Assembly (NCBI GenBank): GCA_051294375.1
Contig: CM119270.1
Span: 15,809,845 to 15,873,844, forward strand
Direction of reading: 5' to 3'
From: Paraspadella gotoi
Lineage: Eukaryota > Animalia > Chaetognatha
Length of the DNA: 64,000 bases
Below the pieces are notes generated by a model that saw nothing but the letters and a program-made list of their open reading frames with translations, was not told the DNA's origin and did no database searches. The position numbers and the translations under genes are program-made. Below, piece after piece: positions 1-12,630 of this stretch; the stretch's first letter is position 1, and each line of letters starts with the position of its first letter.

Positions 1-477
1 AATTGGGTTTCTTTTCTTCTTTTTTTTCAATGGCTGAAATTTTTTATATTTTTTTAAAAATAAAATTTTAACCTAGAAAAAACTAATTAAAAAAAAAAAA
101 TGAAAAAAGGGTGATTTTGGTGGTGCTGAAAAAGTTTTTTGAAATTCCAATTGCTCAGAACACATACTCGAATGTCTATATTTCTAAATAAACTCAATTT
201 TTTTGACTAACTTACATTTTTTTAAAATAGGAAAAATTATCCTCAAATGCCAAGAATTTTTCTCAAATCGCGGCATTGATAGGCACATAACTATTAACTA
301 AGGAAAGTAAGCAATGCTGGATACATTGGGAGTTGAAAAGAAAAAAAGTCCAGAAATTACTAAGGGTAAAAAATATGAAGTAGCCATAACTTGTGATTTT
401 ATTCGCATTCGAAATCTTTATAATTTCCTTTTTTTCTTTCTTTTGATTTGCTCCCTTCCGCAACACGAGCACCTTAC

Positions 478-669
478 CTTCTTGTAGCACCATCTGTATC
501 CAAACACGGTTGCTTCCCAAAGTCTTGATGTGCACTTCCTATCACCCTCGGCGTTTTTCAGAGCAAACTGGAGGTGCATTCCTGTCGAGACACTTACTCC
601 CTTTCGCCGTGTATTCTCTCCCGCCCATTCGTCACGAAGCCTGTGAGGACGCGCCCGATTCGTTTTCAT
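478..669 (-). other. Candidate coding exon of an unidentified minus-strand gene continuing off the left edge
   Basis: GC-richer island with a 64-codon open frame (MKTNRARPHRLRDEW...EATVFGYRWCYKK) that ends exactly at a strong donor AAG|GTAAGG. No homology recognised. Confidence 0.25.
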
Positions 670-3286
670 ATGTAAATAAAATAAATATATATACAAATTA
701 GTACACACCAATCCTATGAAAATTTATCCATTCATTTAAATAACTAAGCTAATTCTTTCCCCTGATTTGGACAGGCTGTGATGGTAAGGACTCATCACCT
801 TACAGATATAACATAGCACAATACGTAGCCAATGGACTCTGCCGTTAAGAAAGCTTAACTGCTCTACCATATAGAAAAACTTCAACATAATAAAAATTTA
901 AATATTAAATTAATTAGCAATTTTTTTCAATTTTTATATTTTTAAATAATTGTTTATTTCTTTAATTAAATGAACTTATTTTATAGCAATTAAAATTTAA
1001 ATTAATTTATATCTTGAAAATATTTTTACGTAATTTTTTGAATAAAATATCTTAAAAATTTAAATAAAAAATGACAAATGAGGCACACATTTAAATTGAA
1101 ATGAAATGAACTTTAACACATAGTGTCCGCACGATATGTTCGGAAGTTAAATTTGTAAAACAAAAAGTCTACTAATAATAATAAATAAAAGAGTTTGGTA
1201 CTCTATCATCCAATCAGATCATAATATTTTAAAGAAAGTTCAAATTGTAAATGAAATATCTTTCCCGACGATGCAAAAGTTTAAAGGGACAAGTAAGATT
1301 TCGATAACCACCTACTTTTTACTTCTAGCCATGTATTCTTTGTATATAGGTTTACATTTATCAAATGATATATCTGTTAAACCAAATATAAAAGAAAAAT
1401 AAAGAATTGAGTATCGAGATTAAAGTTAAACTTCCTCTTACATAATATGCATCTCCTGGGGTCGCGGCGACGAATGACGGCGGACGACAGCAGGAACGAA
1501 AGAAAAAGTCGACGACATTTTGAAATTCGGTTGGGTTTTAATATTATTTTCTTTAACCCCAGAATCTCTAAATACTTTTCTACTTTCGTCTTGTTTGTTG
1601 AAATTTGACTCAAGCTTATTCCAGGACATAACGTCTAAGATAATAATTTTCCCAAACAAATTGTCGAGGTGATTTTTTAATTTTACCAGTAGAATAGGAA
1701 ATAGCTGGTCAATAGGGTTGTCAAATTTATTAAGGGAGAATTTGAGGACAACGTTATTTTTGTTCAAATTTTTAGATTTTGGCGGAAAGTTGTCTCGGGA
1801 GAAAAAATGTTTATTTAAACATAAATTGAAGCCAATCAGGCTTATGCTCATATAAACTTTTTTAATGTTAGTATAGTAGTACATATGTTGTTAGTTGGAA
1901 AAAACTACTATCATAAATTCTTTTGAACAGATCGCGAACTGACTAACTTGTGCCCTACTTTTTGCGCCCCCCGTGTCCGACAAGCAGCAATAGCAGCTGA
2001 GCCCTAGAGCCCACAAAACACAACAAACAAAGCAAACGAGATATATATATATATATAAACAAACAAATAATCCCAGTACTCGAATTTATAAATTAAAAAA
2101 CCAGGTTTCAGATCCTGAATTGGTGACCTTCCTAAGAGTAAATCTGACTTTAAGTTAAAGCAAAGGTCAAGGTCAATGCTACCGATCCAAGTTTTTAAGC
2201 TCGTTCAGCTTCCGATGTGTAATTAATAAAACTAAAACAATTGTCTGTATTTTTGCAATCTACGTAGACTAAAAGATTATCGAATATAGATTGAAAAAAG
2301 TTTTAACTATTCTTTATTAAGGACCGAATACTGTGATTTAATACAATGACGATGAATAGTTACTAGTTCAATTCATTTCTAGAAATAATAAACAGGGCGA
2401 GAAGCGATAATCATAGACAATTTACGATTTTACTTACAAAACAATGAATACATTTATGAGAATGCCTCATATTCGTAAGCGTGGAATGTTTATAGTTCAG
2501 GTGATTATTTTAATAACATTTGAATAAAAATTTCAGTTCCACAAATTATACTCAAAATACGCAATTTTGCTTGTTTATTTCAACTTTTCATATTTGAATA
2601 TCTGAATTCATAATAATACTAAACTTTAAACACCAAAGCAAACTATAATATTTCTATTGGAGACAAGACGATCCAGAGCAACCTTCACATCACAGCATTC
2701 AGACGTTTCACAACCACGCGGATTCAGCTTCGATTCAGATTCGTAACGATCACAAAACCGAAAGATCGAATTCTTGAGAAAACCCGAAAAAAAAAAAGAA
2801 AAAACGGAATTCGCCAACAGAGGGAGCGAATCTGGCTCCTCTAATTCATCCTCTTATTCTCACTCTTCTTCTTCCCCTGTTTCTCCGTCTTTGTATCTTC
2901 TGCTCTCCTTCCTCCGTATTAGAACACAAGTCAACAGCGAATGCGGTGTTGAATGTTTTCTTGTAGCAGTCAAAACGAATCCTTGAAGATTTCGCTATTT
3001 TCGCTTTTTTCGTTTGGCGACCGAGTTTTACACAAGTGTTAATAATCTCAAGAGATTAAGGTTTTGTCCACGGAATTCCTGCTTTACCTCGTTTATTACA
3101 CAGCAACCCAGAGCCGAAACGTTCGAAACAGTTTGAGCTCTCTCATCGATTTTGGCAAACGGACTTTTTTTCAGTATAATCAAGAAATTTTACAAAACCA
3201 AATTTTCAAAAACTGAGACATCCGAAAAAAAAACACTGTGGTGCGCCGATATAACGTACCTAAACCTTTACAAAAAAAAACAAAAA

Positions 3287-3473
3287 TGGCTAATTTACTT
3301 TCGCCTAGTTAGGGAGGGGTTTCGAATTAGGGATAGTTTTAGATATGGATTAGGGGTAGTTTGGGTTAGGAATAATTCGGTAATATTTTGTCATTTTTTA
3401 TAATGTAAATTGTTTCATATTATTATTCAAAAATGCCAGAAACCCGCTGTCGGCGAAAAGTCAAATTATACCA
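3287..3473. mobile_element. MITE-like element with imperfect TIRs and internal degenerate TTAGGG-like tract
   Basis: Left end TGGCTAATTTACTTTCGCC and right end GGCGAAAAGTCAAATTATACCA form an imperfect inverted pair. The interior has TTAGGG/TTAGG repeats. A related half-copy lies in opposite orientation at ~4515-4592 (ACCCTAA...GGCGCAAGTAAAAATAGCC). Confidence 0.5.
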
Positions 3474-3739
3474 ACAAAAAACGTGAAATTGAATATATAT
3501 ATGAGTTATATGTATATATAAGATGTATTATATTAATATATACGGTTTACAAGATTTCTAACTAAAGCGTTAGAACTTTTCTATGACCCAACAATTACTT
3601 TTGAAGTTGAACCTATCGATCAAGTTGGTTTTAAACTTTAAATCGTTTCCTTCTAATTAATTGAACCATAGGTTTCACTAAAATTTTAAAACGTTAAGAA
3701 AATGAAAACGATTTCCACACTAAATTCTTTTCCGTTTAG

Positions 3740-4303
3740 AAAATGGTTTCGCCGGACGAAGACAAGGATCCTAACCGGCGATCGTCGTAGTCTTACGACG
3801 ATTATTTGCGCGGAGGCAAAATCACGAGCGATGGGTGCTATCAATGCATCACCAGGAACCAGTTGGAAAAGGTAAGGTTCCTCTCGAAGGCTAAATTAGT
3901 AAATTTAAATGAAAATGAAGTTTAATACGTGTTTAATACAAATGTTTTTTTTCGTACGAAGAATTATTTTGCTCTGGCAACAGCCGAAGTTTGCATGTGA
4001 TGCCCATTGGGGGATGGGGCAACGTCACTGTTGGCTTTGGGCGCATCGACCCTCAGTGACGCCCTCCTATCACTGGCGCGGTTACCCCTTAATTGTTTAC
4101 ACCGTGCTATAACTATAGTATATAGTAGACGCGCGTCACTATTGTTTGATTTCTGTTGATTTCTACAGAAAAGTTGCAAGTCTAACAAGTACCTGCACGT
4201 TGGGCTTCCTTCTGCATGAAGTACAGTTTCGGAAACAGTTACTAATCCTGAGAACTTGCGCGCCGGGAGGCACTCCGACCTACAAACATCAAATCTGAAA
4301 CAT
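3740..4303 (+). other. Two exon-like segments (3740-3871, 4169-4303) of an unidentified spliced transcript or relic gene
   Basis: TTTAG|...AAG|GTAAGG and TTCTACAG|...CAT|GTGAGT; lengths 132 and 135 nt. A third acceptor lies at 4704. No homology recognised. Confidence 0.3.
4010..4090 (+). repeat. Truncated, diverged copy of the structured dispersed element also at 28385-28548 and 30291-30530
   Basis: Shared core GGGGCA..TCACTGTTGGCTTT.GG...AGTGA.G.CCTCCT.TCACTGGCGCGGTTA. Confidence 0.7.
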
Positions 4304-7179
4304 GTGAGTATTAAAGGAGACCGAATTTGGTGGCTCTTGAAATTTCTTTACGTTAGAAACATGAACGGCGGGCTTGAACGCCACTTACTGAGGAAGTCTG
4401 TAATGTGTTCTTTTCATGCCCGCCTTCCGACGAAAACGACAACAAGTTAACTTAGGAAGACAAATTCTTTACAACTTTATTGCGATAAGGTCTAAAATTT
4501 TTACTTTTCTGACCTTTCAAACCCTAATACCTCTAACTCAAACAAACTTAACCCTAATCCACCAAATCGTGTCGGCGCAAGTAAAAATAGCCCGGCGGAT
4601 TTGGCATATTGCTACTCACTGTCCAAAAAAAACAGTAGAAATAGGCTTTCAGATGGATTATGTCTTTGGTCCCTTAATAAGAAGCTGATTTTTTTTAAAT
4701 TTAGAAACCAGCAGAAACGACCAGTGAATCTACGAAATTACGATATCTTGACCTGAGATCTAACGAATCTTGAGAGAAAAAAGATAGGAATGAGAATAAG
4801 ACAACAATGAAAAATGCGTACGTTACTGTTTTCGTGCATAAAAAAAAATTCACTGTTCATATCATTATATTTTTTCTTTTTATTTTTTGAAACGTTATAG
4901 TTTCAATATGTGAATATCCAAAATATCAATGCAAAATTCTTTTTGTTTTTTAGATATTGATGAATATAGGGTGAAAGATGATAAATTTTTTAAAAAAGTT
5001 ACCTTATCATATTTTATTCATAGAATTGTAATAGAAAAAAAAAATATAGTACTCAATCGTTTGTGTTAATGTCTCAAATAGTGGAAAAAAACCTCATTTA
5101 AAAATTCGATTCGGAAGTGGGGTAACTAAGGCTTACCCAATGCATCCTCCACGCCGATTGTTCTCTGCAATAAATTTTTTTATTTAATACATTGAAAGGG
5201 AAAAAAAGAAAATTTAAGAATGCAGTTGCAGAAAGGGTACAGCTAATCTGGACTTTTTGACATGAAACGCATGACCTTTTATATCTTGTGAAATGGGGCA
5301 GTAAAGAATCTAAAAATTTCATCATTAAGTTCAGTAATGAACGCCTTCTAATGGGCTACTTCGAGAAATATTTTTTCTTAATTAAATGGATGATAATATA
5401 AAATTAAATTCCTTGCTATACTTTAAAAAAAATTATCAATACAATTTAACATAATGATGTTTTGCTTTGTCAAATATGTTCCCTCAGCTATATAATTTTT
5501 TACAACTTTATTATGATAAACAAGCAGGTGTGTCAAGCTTTTAGTTTGCAGCTAAAGATAATGAAAAAATAACGATTTTTTTTTCACAGACAAGAAGGTA
5601 GATGTCCAGACTGTTTATATCAAGCGGAACATTTTTGCTATTTAATCAGTTTTAATATTTAAAAATACATTTTATCAAGCTACAACATAAATTTTTGCTT
5701 GTTTTTTACTTTAAACTGAAAAATATAAGCAATTTTTATGGATAAAGATTTAATAATAACAAAAATGTTAATTCAAGTCTTTCCTTTTTCAAATTACAAA
5801 AGAAAAAGAAAAATCTTCATATGCTTCATTGAAATTTTTAAGCAAAAAAACTGTTATACTTTAACCGGATTTAAACAAAAGCTGTGTAAGATTTAGGTTA
5901 ATTAATAAAACTCTTTTACGAAAGGTGTCCCACTCACTTAGGTGCTTTAACTTTGATACCGCACCTCCACCTTGGCTACTCTTTGCAAATTTATTTAAAA
6001 AAATACCTCTTTTAAATTACCATACAAATCTTTGTTAAATAAAAATTTGGCACAAGCTAGGGAGTACCTCACTTCATTCCTATTGGTACAGGGATACTAA
6101 ATTTCAAAATAAAACTTTGAACGAAAATTTTTTTTTGTATCATTTAGAGAAATATCTTTCAGATGTACCCCATCGTATATCAATTTATTTATTTATTTCC
6201 CCCAAAAAAAGCCTAATTAGCAAAAGTTGAATTTTGTTGCAAAATTGTTGGAAAAAAAATTTTGTCCGCCTATTCTCATTGAAATAATGGTTTTGGATAG
6301 AAAATAAAATTTATCAAAAAAATAAAAAAATGAGCCTCTAAAAAAATCGAAAGGCTAGAGCTTGATTTTTTTTTTAGAATTGCAAAAATTTTTTTCCTGA
6401 CCTCATAATCCATTTTCTCGTTTCAAAATATTTTTTCCAAATCATTCAATCAATTTTTTTTATTAATTTAAAATGTTTTTATGATGTTGTTTTTGTTTGA
6501 AAGAATTGAAAAAAAAGTGAAAAATATAGTAATTATATAAAGGTTTTTTGAAAATACTTTATATATTAAATAATAGACATAAAAAAAAGACAAGGGGAGT
6601 AAGGCAGAGAAAACTTCCCATTCATAAAAGAAAATGAAAAATGAATTTGTTCATATTGTTATTTGGATTATCTGAACTATTTAACAACAAATGATTCATA
6701 TAAATTGAGGACTGATGGGAAATAAATATATCATCTTGGCTCGGTTAACTATTAAGTTATCGTTTAAACAAGTTTTGTTTTAATAAATATTAATTTTTTT
6801 TTTGTACCATTTATAAAAGCAATGGTTCTAAAATTTTGTAAGCGTTTCGAGCTATAAACTTGCTTCATCTTTTTAACTATTTTTTGATCTAGTTAGCTTT
6901 TTGTTGATGGTCAAGGGTATGGTCAGATACAGTAATGTCCAGTAGTGTATATCGCACATATTAACCAAAAGTAATGATCAATTAATTTGGCTCAGAAAAC
7001 AATTTTTAAAGGGATAAAATCAGCCAGACCGTTTCGCCACGGTTTAATTTTCATTGTGTCATACAGAGTTTTATAACTTTTTCTATTCTAGTAAGGAATC
7101 TTCAACCTCAATAGTTTTGACGCGACATTTCCATTATCCTCTATTGGTGGACTAAAATCCACAAGCCGTGTATGACAGC

Positions 7180-7335
7180 GGCCATTGGTGCCGGGAGGCA
7201 AGTCATTCGCCTCCAACCCAAAGGTCCGGGGTTCTAGCCCGGTGGCCTCCTGCAGTTAAGAGGGACGGGGCGCTAACGCCTGTAACATGGTGTTACAGCC
7301 TGATCGAAGCTCAGGGAACTGCTTATATTGAACGG
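7180..7335 (+). mobile_element. tRNA-derived SINE-like element (tRNA-like head 7180-7247 plus hairpin-containing body)
   Basis: Acceptor-like stem GGCCAT/GTGGCC, A-box-like TGGTGCCGGGAGG, loop CTCCAAC, B-box-like GGTTCTAGCCC. The anticodon stem does not pair, so it is not a functional tRNA. Downstream hairpins CTGTAACA/TGTTACAG and CCTGA/TCAGG. Confidence 0.55.
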
Positions 7336-9052
7336 TTTCTGTCACTAACACATAACAATTATCACTGTCATTTCACCTCCATCTTTTTTTTCCTTCCCCC
7401 CCACGCGTCATTACAGTTGCAAAAAGGTAAAAGCTACTGACTTCCGCCTCACGTCTCTCCCTGATAGAAAATCTCGGGCGAGAAAGAGCGTCTTGAATCT
7501 TCCTGCCCACGATGGGCGAAAACGCTTTTCAGCAACCGAAGAAGCCGAGTGCTGCACCAAGTTCTTCTGCAAAATCTCGGCCGGAGGGAAAAGAGCGCCG
7601 GAATCTTCAGAAACGGCGTCCGATCGTCGCCGTGGGCGTCGTCGTCGCCAATTGTTTTTGTGATTCTAACGTTGCCTGGCAATACAAACACTATAGGATT
7701 AAAGGACTACAAAAGTGAATCTTTTCTAAAAATGTTCGAACATTTTTTTTTAAAGCCATTGTGGTTGATATTTCGGTAGAGTTTTAGAACGTATGTATTT
7801 GTTTGTCTCTATGATGTTTCTTTTTTTTTACCATTTTTTTTTTGGACCGTTGTTTTTTACTTTTTCCCATCAGGAATTGAAGGTATTACGCGTCATAGTA
7901 CGGTCTCTAGTTGATAAAAAGTTTGAAAACTGCTGAAAGCAAATTGAGAAAATAAAGTTTGTCATATTTTTGGTTAAGTCAGCATTCCCACGCCTTTCAA
8001 GGTTTCGTCAATGTACAGTTTAATTTATATGGCAGTTGAAATGATTTTTTCTTGTCGCAACTTTGACTTTGGTTTAGCTTTTACATATAATTATTTAAAG
8101 TCAATTAAAGACATTAACTATCGTCACAATCAAAAGAAAGAATCGATCATTTAATTTTGGAGCTTTGCTTTTACGTAGTAATGTAATACTTCATATTAGT
8201 TTGCACGCTCGCTCTGACAGAAGCCTACTTTTGTATAAAACTGCAAAAGACTTTGTTTAGTATTTCCAGTCCAAAGTTTTTAAAACTATCTGAATGTAAT
8301 CAAAATATACATAACAAAGAATAAATTATCCAATGTTTAAACATGATTTTTCAAAATGTAAACAAAGTATCACAGTATCAATTGCAAGTATTAAATGCAA
8401 CTTATTTAGAATAGAATAAAATCCGGGGGAGAATTTAGTATCTTTACAATTTTTCTAGGAAATTTTGGTAAGATTCTCCAATTCTCATTTTCCAAATATT
8501 ATTCTAATCGATCGAAATAAATTGTTTTTGGGAACCAAAGAATTAAGTGCAAATTGTAGGTAATAATGGTTGCACGCGATTGTGTCAACATTTCTAAAGA
8601 AACTTTGCTAAAGGCACTTGAATTTTATTAAATGCATCAATTTTAGATGCTAATAATTAATACATATATGTAATATTAAAGATTATGAAAAACCAAGAAA
8701 TCAAGCTCTGAAATATTTTTCACAATACAATAGAGTATAGACGAGAAATGAGGTAACAGAGTTACATTGGAGATAAAAGGCGAAAATGATAACTTTAGTT
8801 ATATCTACAAAATGAAGCCGATACGCATGACCAAACATGAATAATTAAAAAATACTTATTAAACCAATAATTTATTTTCATAACGACCATCACGAAGGAA
8901 TGCATGGAAGTATGATTGTTCGTTCCCAGGCCATCGAATCCTGGTCAAGCTTATGTCTCGTCGATCGGCTTTTGCCAACCGAATTGCGGGGAAAAAATCC
9001 TTCCGAGTCTCTAGATCAAAGAAAAGCACTCAACATTTAAATTTGTTAATTC

Positions 9053-9058
9053 TTTATT
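9053..9058 (-). terminator. Candidate polyadenylation signal (AATAAA) of the ENT gene
   Basis: AATAAA on the minus strand ~220 nt downstream of the inferred stop codon at 9280. Confidence 0.4.
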
Positions 9059-9279
9059 TAATTACAATCTTTTATGATTTTTTAACGAAACTTAATCTGA
9101 TATAATCTTTTAGCATTATTTTAAGTTAAAAACAAATTTAATTTTAATTTTGATAGAGGGAGCTTTCGGAAAGATGGCCAAAGCTCGGCTCCTTTTCGAC
9201 ATTTTGTGAAGAGATTGGAGTACAACACCGTCCAAGGTAGCCGGTACGGGGAACCCCTAACATAGCCGATCGGCGTGGG

Positions 9280-9454
9280 CTAGAGCAGTTGACGATAAGT
9301 AGGAAGGCCCGCGCGACGCCGACCAGGCCGCAGCCAAAGAAGAAGGCCATCAAGGAGCCGGCCATTTCGGCCGAAGAGTAGACGACGTGGCCGTTTGGGG
9401 CCGAACATCATCGCCAATGGAGGCGAGGTAACCGTTGGTGAGGGAGAAGACGGA
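9280..9454 (-). CDS. SLC29A: ENT terminal coding exon (TM10-TM11)
   Basis: CAAACAG|TCC GTC TTC TCC CTC ACC AAC GGT TAC CTC GCC = SVFSLTNGYLA; then MMFGPK and EMAGSLMAFFFGCGL; TAG at 9282-9280. Confidence 0.9.
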
Positions 9455-11517
9455 CTGTTTGAGAAGGGTGGAGTGGGGGCTTGAGTTGGAAAGGGTGAGT
9501 TTGATGGTTGAAGAGAGAGTGAGAGACTAGCCTTTCACTTTTCTACGTCACAAGCACAATATTTCCCACGATCCCGCCACAACTCCACCACAATGCCGAT
9601 CGGGTAAGCGTCGTGAGTGGAAGGCCGTCCACAATCGCCGCCTTGTCTCCGCGTCCTGCACGTTGCACAAGCATGAAGGCGGGAACGAGCCGACTGACGC
9701 GCAGAGCAGCGGCAAGCAGCCAGCGCGGGCTGAAGGGCGTGGGGGAACTGGATGCGGCGGCAGGGAGCGGCCCAACATTCGGCCGAAGTTGAAAGAGAAA
9801 GAAGCAGAATGACGGGGTGAAGAACTTGACGTACGGGTTGTCGTCGGAGGATGGGTGTCCGTCGGAGGTAGTGGTGGAGATGGGAGGCGGATGAAGGGAC
9901 CAGCACTCCCGGGGAACACACTGGTTTGGTGATTGAAGGTGAGTGGAATAAAAATAGGGAACTCATTTTATAAGTAAAAAGGAGATAAGACGCATAAACC
10001 TACTATTTGCACCTGACTTTAGACAGCTTTTGGTGTGGTTGTTAGGCCTTTCATCACACTACAAGAAACTTACACAGAAAGTTAATAGGACCCTCCAAGC
10101 TTTCAATCAAAGACGGTTACGTTTTTTTTTTTCACGTCCTTTGTCAGCAACCGGTTAGATGACACCCGGAATACAACTCACGTGAGAGTGATGAACAAAG
10201 TGATGAAGAGGAGAAGCTTCTAGGAGCGATGCTGCAGACACAAGAGAGCAAAAGCTCTGTGTTGGACCAGCGACCCCGCAAAGGCGAAGTCTCAAATGAA
10301 TACTGCTACATCATATCCCGACATCGGCCGTTCTTTAAACTGCCTTTCACAACATGCAACGGCTTACTCAGGTCCTACTTACACCGCTTCCATCATTTGT
10401 TATGATCAAATCAAAAAAATGCAAATCACTTTATAGCAAGGGGGAGACATGATTGATGCCGGGGTATGAGGGCATCTCCCGACAGCTGGCGCTCAGGTTT
10501 CGGACCGGCCAGTGACCATACGCCATGTCAGCTGGCGTGTTTAATGCCTACAACCATCGACAACCTAAAGAGCGTGACAGTAGGGGATTGAACCCGGAAC
10601 TCACGGTTGGAGAAACAGTTCTTAGCTGTCCAAGCCAATGAGTTTTCACCAAGCTATATGGAGGCGAAATTAAGGATTCGCACAACCTAATGACCGATCA
10701 CAAAAAATGATCATTTCACCCACTCCCTTCACGCCCCGCACCCTTACCAATCCTAACTTACTTTTCAACAAATTCCTAAGCCGATCCAACTTCATGCTCC
10801 TCTTCTTTTGCTCCTGCGAGAACCGTAGCGCGACTCCCCCAACTCCTCTTCAATTTCTCCTTCCTTCCCTCTCGGTCAAAACAACCCCTCCTCCTCCTCT
10901 CCACCGACTCTTCCGCCTCACCTCTTCCTCTTAACCTCCCTGATCAGGCCTACTTCCTTTCCCTCTCCCTCCTCCTCCTCTTCCTCCTCAGCCGGGGACT
11001 TCGGCTTCTCTCCACGCGAAGACGAGGTAGTTTGACCGCAGCGCCGCCACGCCGCTCCCGCGCAGCCGTCATCAACGGCGGCGGCGCACGACGAAGTAGC
11101 CGAAGGTGGCGTAGCGGATCTTGGCGGAGTGTCGCGCCGATGCGAGGGTGGGCGGATGGCGGCGAGGCGGCGACTGGTGCCGCTATGGGAGGGGGAGTGG
11201 AGGAATAATAATTAAATATAATAAATGAGTAATAAATAGAATAAATAAATAAATAATAAACTAAATGATAAATAAATAAATAAATAATAAATAAATAAAT
11301 GAATGAAATGAATGAATGAACTGAATGAATGAATTAAATAAATAAATATAATAAATAATAAATAAATAAATAAATAAATAAAGTATATGAGAATGGCAAT
11401 TACCCCAAGAAGAAGAAAGAAAGAAAGAAAGAAAGAAAAGAAAAGAAAGAAAGAAGAAAGAAGAAAGAAAGAAAGAAAAAAAGATATAAATAAATAAAAA
11501 TAAAAATAGAAAGAAAA

Positions 11518-11554
<37 letters not shown>

Positions 11555-12593
11555 AGCCAAGAAAGAAGAAAGAAAGAAGAAAGAAAAGAAAGAAGAAAAA
11601 GAACGAATGAGGGTAGGAATAAGGAATGACGTAATCATTCGCGTTATTATTATGCACCATTAAATTATGGTCGTCACCCGTAAAAAATTGGCGAACAGCA
11701 GTTACAGAGACAAAGTCAACTTCCCAATAATTTTTCGTGACTCGTCATTAACTTTGGAAAATTCATTAACTATAGTTGTCAAATATTTACAACCAAATCT
11801 TCGCCCGTATTTTTTTGACGCGGGAATGAAACGTTTTCTTATCTTCACGCTTTCCAGTCAACTCACTTTTTCACTAAACGACACTTCTCAACACCTCAAA
11901 ATATCCCTCACCAAGTCCGAGATGTCACCGTTCTGACTTTGGGACAACGGTCTGAACTCAAAGTCTCGATTTCTTCTCCCAAGAAAGTTTGGCCTGCTGA
12001 TCTCGATATTCAAAAATCGACGGCTGCACCGAGATAATTAGAAACGACTGCATCAAAAGATATTTGACAACGAAAAGGTCCACAGTTTATCTAAAGCTTA
12101 CGGATTAATCCTCACTTATTTTTTTTTTATGCACTATTTTTCCTTCTCGGGGATTTTTATCTTCTTCTTACTTACCTTCGACCTTTCCCCCCCCGCTGTT
12201 CCGTCTTCTCCGGTGCTCCTCACCTCAGCCTCACCTCTCTTTCTTCCCTTAAGGTTTTTTTATTATTCGAATTCCTCCTCCCATTTTCCAATTCGGCCCA
12301 TTTTTTTACTTTTCACGAACCCGTACTTCCCGTGGCCAAGTTTCTCAAATTCACTTCCATTTTTTTTTTCATTCCTTTCTTACAGGTTATCTAGGTAGCC
12401 TCATAGCCCAAGTCAACTACCCACAACGAACCTCTCACGCACAATTAACCCGCCCTCCCACAACTCATCCTATCCACGAACCACCCCCGACAAACCACGG
12501 GGTTTTTTTTTCTTCTCGCGCGAGGGCGCCAACTCAAGAGAAGACGGGAAGTAAAAGGAACGCCGCGATTTATTCCAGAGAGAGAGAGAGAGT

Positions 12594-12630
<37 letters not shown>

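Noticed and set aside
1438-1884. 148-aa minus-strand ORF
   Set aside because: AT-rich and N/K/F/L-biased with no recognisable domain or splice context; a chance ORF or decayed TE remnant.
2626-3130. Minus-strand segment with acidic, coding-like composition (..RIRFDCYKK.., EEEE..DELEEPD)
   Set aside because: Interrupted by stops and frameshifts, and I cannot assign a family; possibly a transposon relic but unsupported.
7180-7247. Functional tRNA-Trp(CCA) gene
   Set aside because: The anticodon stem does not pair and the B box is imperfect; better explained as a SINE-like head.
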